Part shown: positions 41,390-49,163 of the stretch, one piece after another | How the letters are laid out: every line of letters begins with the position of its first letter | Numbering within the stretch: position 1 is the stretch's first letter | Made by a program: the position numbers and the translations under genes | Sequence record: PZ540767.1 | Direction: 5' to 3' (one strand) | From: a phage | DNA length: 64,000 bases | Notes under the pieces: model-generated | Told to the model about the DNA's origin: nothing | The model's input: the letters and a program-made list of their open reading frames with translations, nothing else | The model's database searches: none

Positions 41390-43627
41390 ATGTCTTGTAA
41401 TTGCACCAACAATTGCAATTGTGGTGATCCATGTTCAGATACCCAGATTCGTCGCATTGTTGATGATGCTGTAGCAGACCGCGTAGAGGACTTGGAAGGT
41501 ATTGCTTCTGACGCCCAAGGTTCTGCTACTGCTTCTGCAAACTCTGCAAACCAATCTGCACAATCTGCTACACAATCACAGCAATTTGCAACCACTGCTG
41601 GTAACAATGCCACTTCTGCTGCCCAGTCAGCACAGCAAGCTGCTGTATCTGCTACTGCTGCGGCTGAATCCGCGTCAGCAGCTGTTCAGGTTACTACTGG
41701 TTTAAAACAAGTAGCTGATGAGCTGACTGCTACTGCTTCTGGTTTATCTTCTAAGGTTGATCAGGCAAACCAGAATGCTGAATTAGCTGAGACTGCTCGT
41801 GATGAGGCTGTTGCTGCTGCTTCCAGTGCTCAAAATAGTGCTGCTACTTCCACAGCATCTGCCAGTGCTGCTAATGTGGCTGCTTCGGCTGCTGCTTCGT
41901 CGTCAGGCACTGCACAAACTGCTGCGGGTCAAGCAGGTGAGTACGCTGTACAAGCTGCTGAGTTAGTTTCTAATCTTGATACTAAGATTGATACTGCTGT
42001 ATCTACTGCACTGGATAATGCAACCGAAGATGTAATTAATGCTGCTACTGAACAGGCTACTTCAGCTGCAAACTCTGCATCTGCTGCTGCCAGTTCTTTA
42101 GAAACTATGTCCAGCACTCTCGCAGCTGCAACTACTAGTGCGGTTGCTCAAGCTACTGAAGATGCTGAAGCTGCACGAGATGCTGCTGAGTTAGCTCGTG
42201 ATCAGGCTAATGCAATAGCAACCTCTGTGGGACTGGTGCCTGATGAGGCTACTGGTTTAGCAAATACCACTGAAGGGCAGTATTTTACTGTAGGTCAGGG
42301 TACAGAATCTGATGCTGCAACTATCACCTACCGTAATGTTGGCGGGGTTGCTGTGCCAGTATTTACTTCTGTGGGTACGGCTGCTTTTACCAAACTGTCT
42401 ACTAAGTTCTTAAACCTGGTAACCCAGGTAGACTATGGAAATGCTGTTGCTGGTTTTATCGATGATGCAAACATGTCTCCTCTGTTTATTAATCCAGAAG
42501 GGTATGTGATCATTAACAACCTCAATTTCCTTGAGCAAGTGCAAGCTCTGCTTAATAAAATTGATGCTTTCTATAACTTCTTTAATAGCTATCCATCTGA
42601 TGAGTATGTCCAGAAGGGTGGCTTTATTGATGATGAAGGCAAACTTCCCCTGTACTTTGACCAGTATGGGGATGTTTGGTTGGGTGATGGCCCGGTTAAC
42701 CTCAGCAAATTTGTGCAGGATTACTCAGCACTGGTTACTAAGGTTAATGATGCAGTTTATGAGATCAATGGAACAGGTAATATTGTCTGTCATGGTGACT
42801 CATTAACTGCTGGTGCAGGTTCTGCTACAGGTCGTGGGTATGTTGAACGTTTACGTACTCGTCTTGCCCCACAGGGTATTACTGTAACTAAACGTGCTGT
42901 AGGTGGGCAGGGTGCCCAGGCTATCGCTACTCGACAAGGTGGTTATGTTAACCTGTTAACGCTGGAGAATAACATTCTTCCTGCTGCTGTTCAGCCAGTT
43001 AACATTGTATCCAGTTCCCAAAATCCAATCACCAGCCAAGGTGGTGGGCCTATCTCAGGTATGCTTAATGGTATTCGTGGTACTGTAGCTGCTACTTTCA
43101 ATGGCACTACCCGCCTTACTTATACCTTTACCCGAGCAGAGGCTGGAACTGCTGATGTCTATATTGATCCTGAATCTCCGTTTATCAAAACTGAAGACGG
43201 TCATGAATACGATATTGACATTATCTGGCTTGGTCGTAATAACACCTCAAGCCCTGACTTGGCTCAAATTTGTTTAGATGCTCTGGATGCTTGTGTTAAG
43301 CATCTTAAAGCTAAAAATAAACGTTTTGTGGTAATGTCCATCCTCAATGGTGCGTACTCCACTGAGTACAAGGGAGGCGAGGTTTACCAGCGTATTATTA
43401 ATGCAAACAATGCCATTAAGTACAAATACCCTGAGAACTATTTGGAAGTTCGTGGGCCATTGGTGCGTTCTTATAACCCATCTGTTCCTCAAGATGTGGT
43501 TGATTTTAACAATGATATTGTTCCTTCAAGTCTCCGTAATGATGCTATCCACTTAAATGACAGTGGGTATGATATCCTTGAAGAACTGGTTTACAACTTT
43601 TTGAAAAGTAAAGGATGGGTAGCCTAA
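41390..43627 (+). CDS. tail fibre/spike protein with C-terminal SGNH (GDSL) esterase domain
   Basis: 745 aa; Cys-rich N-terminus, long Ala/Ser/Thr-rich helical repeat region, then IVCHGDSLTAGAG GDSL block with downstream D/H residues. Confidence 0.7.
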   Translation: MSCNCTNNCNCGDPCSDTQIRRIVDDAVADRVEDLEGIASDAQGSATASANSANQSAQSATQSQQFATTAGNNATSAAQSAQQAAVSATAAAESASAAVQVTTGLKQVADELTATASGLSSKVDQANQNAELAETARDEAVAAASSAQNSAATSTASASAANVAASAAASSSGTAQTAAGQAGEYAVQAAELVSNLDTKIDTAVSTALDNATEDVINAATEQATSAANSASAAASSLETMSSTLAAATTSAVAQATEDAEAARDAAELARDQANAIATSVGLVPDEATGLANTTEGQYFTVGQGTESDAATITYRNVGGVAVPVFTSVGTAAFTKLSTKFLNLVTQVDYGNAVAGFIDDANMSPLFINPEGYVIINNLNFLEQVQALLNKIDAFYNFFNSYPSDEYVQKGGFIDDEGKLPLYFDQYGDVWLGDGPVNLSKFVQDYSALVTKVNDAVYEINGTGNIVCHGDSLTAGAGSATGRGYVERLRTRLAPQGITVTKRAVGGQGAQAIATRQGGYVNLLTLENNILPAAVQPVNIVSSSQNPITSQGGGPISGMLNGIRGTVAATFNGTTRLTYTFTRAEAGTADVYIDPESPFIKTEDGHEYDIDIIWLGRNNTSSPDLAQICLDALDACVKHLKAKNKRFVVMSILNGAYSTEYKGGEVYQRIINANNAIKYKYPENYLEVRGPLVRSYNPSVPQDVVDFNNDIVPSSLRNDAIHLNDSGYDILEELVYNFLKSKGWVA

Positions 43628-44403
43628 TGGGTAACTTCATTAAAATGGGCACTACGCTGAGTAATGCCAACCTGACTAAATTAACTGCTGATGCGACCAT
43701 CGATAACAGCACTGTAATGCTGATTGACTTTGGGCGTAAAACTTCAGTGCCTAACCAAACAGATCTGGTTAACGGTGATACTGTTGGCAACCTGGTTGAA
43801 GGTCAAGCAGGGGGTTCTGTAATTACCGGAACCAAATTCCTCTTCTCTGCTGCTGGTAAGTACATTACTAAGCAAGAAGGCGATATCTCAACCCGAATCC
43901 AGTTGCCTGATGTTTGTAAGGTTAAATCTACTGATCGTAGCTTCCAATTTAGCCTGTGGTTTACCCACATTGATAAAACGGATACTCAGGGTAGCCAAGC
44001 ATTGGGTGGTTATGCATCTAACTCCAGTAACCAGATGCCTTTTGCATTTTACTGGTATGATGGTCAATACAACTTGGGTTGTGCTGGTTCACGTACTGCA
44101 TTTGCTACTCCAGCGGCGGGAACAGTACACCAGTTGTCTGTTGCTTGTGACCTAGATCTGGGTATTCGTAAGTTCTATCACAACAATGAACTGATCCGTA
44201 CTGAGACTAATATTGGTCTTAGTGAAATGACTCAGCCTGCTGCTGGATCTCTGCCTTGGTTGTTCTACCTGGGTGGTGGTTTTAACAGCCGTGGTAACGT
44301 TAAGATGCACCGAGCATGGCTTGATATTAACGGTGGTGGTGCTAAGTTCGATGCAAAAGTAGCTGCGGACTACAACACCAACTACAGCCGATTTGCGGCT
44401 TAA
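43627..44403 (+). CDS. tail fibre-associated protein, possible receptor-binding jelly-roll domain
   Basis: ATG at 43627 overlaps the upstream stop (TAATG); Gly/aromatic-rich beta-type composition; followed by terminator. Confidence 0.45.
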   Translation: MGNFIKMGTTLSNANLTKLTADATIDNSTVMLIDFGRKTSVPNQTDLVNGDTVGNLVEGQAGGSVITGTKFLFSAAGKYITKQEGDISTRIQLPDVCKVKSTDRSFQFSLWFTHIDKTDTQGSQALGGYASNSSNQMPFAFYWYDGQYNLGCAGSRTAFATPAAGTVHQLSVACDLDLGIRKFYHNNELIRTETNIGLSEMTQPAAGSLPWLFYLGGGFNSRGNVKMHRAWLDINGGGAKFDAKVAADYNTNYSRFAA

Positions 44404-44420
44404 GTTAGTAACTTAGAACT

Positions 44421-44446
44421 AAGCCCCTTTATTAGGGGCTTTTTTA
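44421..44446 (+). terminator. rho-independent terminator
   Basis: AAGCCCCT-TTATT-AGGGGCTT hairpin followed by TTTTT. Confidence 0.8.
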
Positions 44447-44461
44447 TATATGAGGTTTATT

Positions 44462-44950
44462 ATGAAAATGTCGAATGAAGGACGCAAAGTAACTAAGTAT
44501 TTTGAGTCCCTTAAATTACGTGCTTACCCTGATCCTGCTACTGGGGGTAAACCATGGACTATTGGGTATGGTCATACTGGCCCAGATGTTTATCCTGGTT
44601 TGGCAATTTCGCAAACCAGAGCTGAACAGTTGCTTGATGCTGACCTTGCTAAGGCTGAAGCAGAAGTAAACAAGTATGGGCATAACCTTACCCAAGGTCA
44701 GTTCGATTGCCTTGTGGACATGGTATTTAATATGGGATCTGGTTTTATCCGGCCTGACAACATCAAGGGTGATTTTGATGACTTTGTTGCATCGGGTAAT
44801 ACTGCTGAGATGCGTAAACGTATTCCTCAATTCCGTATGGCCAACGGTAAAGTTATGAGAGGTTTAGTACGTCGTCGTGCTGCTAACCTTGCTACATGGG
44901 ACGGTAAGTCTGGTGATGAAGCAATTAAAATAGGGGTAAATGCTGCATGA
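44462..44950 (+). CDS. endolysin, GH24 T4-type lysozyme
   Basis: FESLKL...YPDPATGG...TIGYGHT catalytic E/D/T triad pattern and DCLVDMVFNMG motif; GAGG RBS before ATG 44462. Confidence 0.85.
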   Translation: MKMSNEGRKVTKYFESLKLRAYPDPATGGKPWTIGYGHTGPDVYPGLAISQTRAEQLLDADLAKAEAEVNKYGHNLTQGQFDCLVDMVFNMGSGFIRPDNIKGDFDDFVASGNTAEMRKRIPQFRMANGKVMRGLVRRRAANLATWDGKSGDEAIKIGVNAA

Positions 44951-45168
44951 AACTTGTAGAAAACTGGAAGTCAGCATGGAAGTGGTATTCTGTGCATATT
45001 ATGGTAGTGATCGTTGCACTTCCTGAAATCTGGAGTTACTTTCCACAGGAGTTTAAGGATTCATTACCTCCACATGCTCTTGCTGGATTAACAACTTTCC
45101 TGGGTATCTCAGCGATTGTTGCTCGTCTGGTTTCTCAGGAGAAACGTAATGATCAAGGATCTAATTAA
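44947..45168 (+). CDS. small membrane protein, candidate holin
   Basis: 73 aa; start overlaps endolysin stop (ATGA); two hydrophobic segments; inside lysis cassette. Confidence 0.45.
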   Translation: MKLVENWKSAWKWYSVHIMVVIVALPEIWSYFPQEFKDSLPPHALAGLTTFLGISAIVARLVSQEKRNDQGSN

Positions 45169-45658
45169 ACAGTATGCTGTTTTGTTAGGTTCTGTTCTGG
45201 CCCTGGCTTTACTTGCCGGGGCTTGTTACTTAACCTATGTTGTAACAGATAACCACTGGTCTGCTAAGTATTCTGGATTAGAACAGAAGTATAGTGATGC
45301 TTCTGCCAAAGCTACTCAGGAGGCCAGAGTCAAAGAATGGGAGTACCAAAACAATGTTGATGCAATCGCACAGCAAGGGGCTAAAGACCTCGCACAAGCT
45401 CGCTCTGACGCTGATATTGCCAATGCTTCTGTTAGCAGGTTGCAGCAACGGATCAACCGTTTACTTGCCAACACCAGCTCCGAAGATTCCGGCACTACCC
45501 AAAGAGGCAAGACAGCCAGAGAAGCCCTCGATCTGCTTGCCAACGTGCTCGAAAAATCTCTCGAACGAAACAGACAGTTGGCTGACTACGCCGACAAAGC
45601 CAGTAGTGCTGGATTCACCTGTGAAAAAGCCTACGACGCCATCCAATCAGGCAAGTAA
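45149..45658 (+). CDS. i-spanin (Rz-like)
   Basis: AGGAG RBS before ATG 45149; N-terminal TM helix then periplasmic coiled-coil region; an o-spanin-like ORF overlaps in another frame. Confidence 0.6.
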   Translation: MIKDLIKQYAVLLGSVLALALLAGACYLTYVVTDNHWSAKYSGLEQKYSDASAKATQEARVKEWEYQNNVDAIAQQGAKDLAQARSDADIANASVSRLQQRINRLLANTSSEDSGTTQRGKTAREALDLLANVLEKSLERNRQLADYADKASSAGFTCEKAYDAIQSGK

Positions 45659-45683
45659 TACTAAGTTGGTTTATTTCGTATAA
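45354..45683 (+). CDS. o-spanin (Rz1-like outer-membrane lipoprotein), out of frame within and past i-spanin
   Basis: Signal peptide ending in lipobox LLAGC, Pro-rich mature region; start is my best guess among in-frame ATGs. Confidence 0.5.
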   Translation: MLMQSHSKGLKTSHKLALTLILPMLLLAGCSNGSTVYLPTPAPKIPALPKEARQPEKPSICLPTCSKNLSNETDSWLTTPTKPVVLDSPVKKPTTPSNQASNTKLVYFV

Positions 45684-45734
45684 ACCAGTAGAATGATGTA
45701 CATTAACTAGACTTTTCATGAAGAGGAAACACCT

Positions 45735-46178
45735 ATGTCTAAAGTCCCCTCTATCGGTGCTGGTGTTATCACTACCGATGATGTGCTGGCACAAGGCTAT
45801 GATTTTATCCCCCTGAAAATGGGTGGTATGGCTAAAGTGCCTGCTGATGTAGCCGCTGCTCAATCTAAAGACGTCACTGGTGCTGCTTATACTAAACCAG
45901 CAGCTCTGAGTCTGACTACTGATCTGACTGCTACTAAATCTGTTGCTGAAGGTGCTGCCCTGGAACTGAAAGTAGTTCCTGCTGGCGGTGTTGCACCTTA
46001 CAGCGTTACCTGGTTTAAAGGTGGCTCTGCTATCCAGACTCTGGGTAGTTCTACCCTTAACCTGGGTGCAGCTACTCTGGATATGGCTGGCTCTTACCAT
46101 GCTGAAGTCTACGACGCAGCTGGTAAAGAGATTCAGTCTACTACCTGCGTAGTGACTGTCACTGAAGCTGGTGGTTAA
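45735..46178 (+). CDS. Ig-like domain capsid decoration protein (N4 gp17-like)
   Basis: 147 aa; GAGGAAA RBS; beta-sandwich-type pattern YSVTWFKGG...GSYHAEVYD...CVVTV; followed by terminator. Confidence 0.55.
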   Translation: MSKVPSIGAGVITTDDVLAQGYDFIPLKMGGMAKVPADVAAAQSKDVTGAAYTKPAALSLTTDLTATKSVAEGAALELKVVPAGGVAPYSVTWFKGGSAIQTLGSSTLNLGAATLDMAGSYHAEVYDAAGKEIQSTTCVVTVTEAGG

Positions 46179-46196
46179 TAGCTACCAGCATGAATA

Positions 46197-46220
46197 AGCC
46201 CCCATTTGGGGGCTTTTTTA
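46197..46220. terminator. rho-independent terminator, likely bidirectional
   Basis: AGCCCCC-ATTT-GGGGGCT hairpin followed by TTTTTT; lies between convergent plus and minus genes. Confidence 0.8.
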
Positions 46221-46406
46221 TTACCCTGTTAAACCTAAAAGGTTATCAGGATCCTTTACCGCCGTATCTTTGATAAAGGCAAAGGGAACGATGATCTTCC
46301 CGAAATGGAAGGCATTAGCACTTTCTACAATTTTATTTGCTTTGAAAGTGAGTGCACCATTATTTCTGAAAAAGATAGTTATCTCAGCTGGAATTTTGTC
46401 TGTCAT
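46221..46406 (-). CDS. small hypothetical protein (61 aa)
   Basis: Translationally coupled (ATGA overlap) to the upstream small ORF. Confidence 0.35.
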   Translation of the reverse strand: MTDKIPAEITIFFRNNGALTFKANKIVESANAFHFGKIIVPFAFIKDTAVKDPDNLLGLTG

Positions 46407-46633
46407 AGAGAGGCAATCCTGTGAGTTGCAGCCCTGATACGACTAATACGCTTAGTGTGTATTGTCTCATTTCTGTCGTAGCCTCGGGCATTTCTACGAA
46501 TGGTTTCACACTCTGCCCTATAGGCAGGAGTCTGAGTTTGTTTTTGTAGGATCTTAGAACATTTAGAGTGAACTCGTTTATTTCGTAAGATCCCACAGAT
46601 TGGACATACGTTAAATGTTGGACTGAAAATCAT
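46403..46633 (-). CDS. small basic Cys-containing protein, possible zinc ribbon
   Basis: 76 aa; CPICG near N-terminus, Arg/Lys-rich; start overlaps methyltransferase stop (ATGA); competing frame 46384..46596 judged less likely. Confidence 0.4.
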   Translation of the reverse strand: MIFSPTFNVCPICGILRNKRVHSKCSKILQKQTQTPAYRAECETIRRNARGYDRNETIHTKRISRIRAATHRIASL

Positions 46634-47436
46634 GGTTTTAGTACAGCAATGATATCTTTGGCTACTTCTCGTGATTCAGCTTTAGCTGAGATGCTACGAG
46701 TTGCAGTTAATGGGTGAATGTCAAAACCAGCTTTGGTATAGAGATCAACTAAACGTGGAGCACTACTATTTGTAATGACCACTCTTACACCTCTGGCTTT
46801 AAGCTCAAGAGCTTTACCTACCAGACGTTTCTGATCTCCCCACTTAAAGCTGGTGCCACTATAGCTTGTGAACCCCTGATGTTTAGGCATAGGCTCATAA
46901 GGTGGATCACAAAATACAACATTACCTTCCTCAGCAGTGTTCATAAATAACATGAAGTCTGTATTTGCTACTGTTGGTTTCAAACCAGAATTGATGAAAT
47001 CTCTGAGTTCCTGTTCAGGGAAGTAAGGTTGTTCTTTCTGGCCCCAAGGAACATTGAATTCCTTTTTCTTGTTGTAACGACACAGGCCATTAAAGCCAGT
47101 ACGATTGAGCACCAGGAAGAACACGGCTTTAGACAGGGAATTGAACTTACCACTGTTAAAGTTAGCCCTGAGCTGATTGTAGCGAGCTTCTGAGTTACAC
47201 CACTCATGCAGTTTCTTTGCCTGGTTCAATACATAATCACCATTATGGATGAGGGCTAAGTAGAGCTGGCATAGATCAGGATTTACATCATTGATAGCCA
47301 CCTTATCGAAACCAGCATTCATAAATACTGATCCTGCACCCACAAAAGGTTCAATGAGACGATTACCAACTAAGAATGGTTGGATTTGAGGAAGCTGGCG
47401 ATACTTGCCACCTGCCCACTTAAGCCAAGGTTTCAT
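46630..47436 (-). CDS. dam: Dam-like N6-adenine DNA methyltransferase
   Basis: 268 aa; N-terminal WAGGKYRQL, FVGAGSVF AdoMet-binding motif and catalytic DPPY motif. Confidence 0.85.
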   Translation of the reverse strand: MKPWLKWAGGKYRQLPQIQPFLVGNRLIEPFVGAGSVFMNAGFDKVAINDVNPDLCQLYLALIHNGDYVLNQAKKLHEWCNSEARYNQLRANFNSGKFNSLSKAVFFLVLNRTGFNGLCRYNKKKEFNVPWGQKEQPYFPEQELRDFINSGLKPTVANTDFMLFMNTAEEGNVVFCDPPYEPMPKHQGFTSYSGTSFKWGDQKRLVGKALELKARGVRVVITNSSAPRLVDLYTKAGFDIHPLTATRSISAKAESREVAKDIIAVLKP

Positions 47437-47545
47437 TTGAGCACCAATGCTAACAGGTTCATAACGAGTTCATTGGCTTGATAGGCCAAGAACCAGAAGG
47501 CACCCAGCAGTATTGCCAGTATGCACCACACTTTTCCGCGAAAGC

Positions 47546-47884
47546 TCATAAAATTCCTATCCTCTTTTTGAGTAAAATTTCAGCAGTTAAAGGGACTGAT
47601 ACTTGAACTTTGATGGGTAATACAACATCATCATAGATATCCCAGGCATCCCCTTCAGTAAGTGCTATCGTCCCTTCCCCTAACTCATTTAATACAATGA
47701 CTTGATCATGAGGGCAGTACCAGCTATCACTACGTTCTCGGAACATAATTACTGTTTTTTCTACTTCAATGAATTGGTCATTGAATATTGTAAAAGTGTC
47801 GTCTACCTCTACTCCTACTTCCCTGTTATTTAGCAGGATGATAATACCTGTAATAGTAGTTAGATCCATTGCAGTAATCTGCAT
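47546..47884 (-). CDS. hypothetical protein
   Basis: ATG at 47884 with GGAGGGG RBS (ORF track begins at a TTG at 47896). Confidence 0.45.
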   Translation of the reverse strand: MQITAMDLTTITGIIILLNNREVGVEVDDTFTIFNDQFIEVEKTVIMFRERSDSWYCPHDQVIVLNELGEGTIALTEGDAWDIYDDVVLPIKVQVSVPLTAEILLKKRIGIL

Positions 47885-47896
47885 GATCCCCTCCAA

Positions 47897-47920
47897 TGAA
47901 AAAGCCCTCCGAAGAGGGCT
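47897..47920 (-). terminator. rho-independent terminator
   Basis: AGCCCTC-CGAA-GAGGGCT hairpin with T-tract on the minus strand. Confidence 0.55.
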
Positions 47921-47925
47921 TGAGG

Positions 47926-48249
47926 TTACTTAGGTGAACCTGTGTAGGACGTCTTGCCTTCAAACAGCCTTTCTACATACTGGAAGATCTTAATCCCCAG
48001 ATAGGCAGATGCTGAAGTGAATATGGGTTGCGTAATCCCAGTAGGCAACTGACTTGCCACTACAGGGTAGGCATCCCATGCCAAATAGCCTGCGAGTAGA
48101 GCTGCTGACATTTCTGTAGCTGCTGCAACGAAGGTTACCTGACCATAGCGTAGGATTCGTCTCCCAACGGAGATTGCACCACTGACAGTACTAATCAGGA
48201 GAGCACCCAGTAGCTGAACATAAAAGTTCTGTTGCTGATCTGGGGTCAT
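47926..48249 (-). CDS. membrane protein with three predicted TM segments
   Basis: ATG at 48249 with GGAG RBS; hydrophobic segments throughout. Confidence 0.45.
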   Translation of the reverse strand: MTPDQQQNFYVQLLGALLISTVSGAISVGRRILRYGQVTFVAAATEMSAALLAGYLAWDAYPVVASQLPTGITQPIFTSASAYLGIKIFQYVERLFEGKTSYTGSPK

Positions 48250-48294
48250 GACACTACTCCAATTCACTTACATGAAATGGATTGTAACGTTAAT

Positions 48295-48669
48295 TTACTT
48301 TGAATGCTCAGAATTATCTGACCATAAACTAGCAAATTTAGCGTTGATCGCTTTCATGAACCCTTTCTGGTTATGGTTACGAAGACGTAGACGACTAAAG
48401 TTAATCTCATGAAGACCTTTAGTAATCCCTTTAAGGTTCTCAACAAAGATAGCCTTGTCAGGTTCTTCTTGTACCAATGTGACTTTCTGGTTTAGAAAGT
48501 ACAACTGACCATTAAGCAACGTCCAGAAACCAGTGCATTGATACACACTCTCAGCCACTGGAGCACCCATAATTATCTGGCTTGCCAGTGATGTGATGCT
48601 CTCAGGGCATTCAAGGTATAACCCTACCTCTGGTTTAAGGTACTTGAGTTCAATGTTAAGTTTTACCAT
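48295..48669 (-). CDS. hypothetical protein (124 aa)
   Basis: GAGGA RBS; start overlaps stop of the HAD-like gene. Confidence 0.45.
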   Translation of the reverse strand: MVKLNIELKYLKPEVGLYLECPESITSLASQIIMGAPVAESVYQCTGFWTLLNGQLYFLNQKVTLVQEEPDKAIFVENLKGITKGLHEINFSRLRLRNHNQKGFMKAINAKFASLWSDNSEHSK

Positions 48670-49163
48670 GGATCCTCTACGCTAAACTTGGGCACCAAGA
48701 TAGCGCTGACGTTAGGCAGGTATTTTCTGACTTTATTAATGACAGATTTGTCATCATCGATCAGGAAAATTTCTACTTTATCCATCGTAGTCATGGCACC
48801 CATGCAAAACATTGGGATCAGTGACAGCAATGCTTCCAGTTTGAAGTTAGCTGCACTTCCACCCAGATTTTCACTGCGGTTATGGAGTAAGTCGAAGATA
48901 AGATTACCTTCTTCTTTGAAACGATCGTTTGTTTCTTTATCCAGAACTTTGCTACGGTTAGACAGACTAATCAGAACTGAATCCTGATTAATCAGCGATT
49001 TAACCATTTCAATACCTTTATGGTTCAAAGGCTCTAAGATCCAGGCTTTATGCCAATCAAGCCACTCGTGCTGGTTTGATGGGTCTTTGGGGATGTACTG
49101 CTTTCGAAACTCACTGTTACCGTTTAGAACTCCGTCCAGGTCACAGAAGATCAGTCTACGCAT
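48663..49163 (-). CDS. HAD-superfamily phosphatase, possibly deoxyribonucleotidase-like
   Basis: N-terminal IFCDLDGVLNG matches HAD motif I (DxDGV); AGAGG RBS; start overlaps DNA polymerase stop. Confidence 0.55.
   Translation of the reverse strand: MRRLIFCDLDGVLNGNSEFRKQYIPKDPSNQHEWLDWHKAWILEPLNHKGIEMVKSLINQDSVLISLSNRSKVLDKETNDRFKEEGNLIFDLLHNRSENLGGSAANFKLEALLSLIPMFCMGAMTTMDKVEIFLIDDDKSVINKVRKYLPNVSAILVPKFSVEDPW

Noticed and set aside
46384-46596. 70-aa ORF competing with 46403..46633 in another frame
   Set aside because: The 46403..46633 frame is translationally coupled to dam and has the CPICG motif; the two cannot both be real over their shared length.
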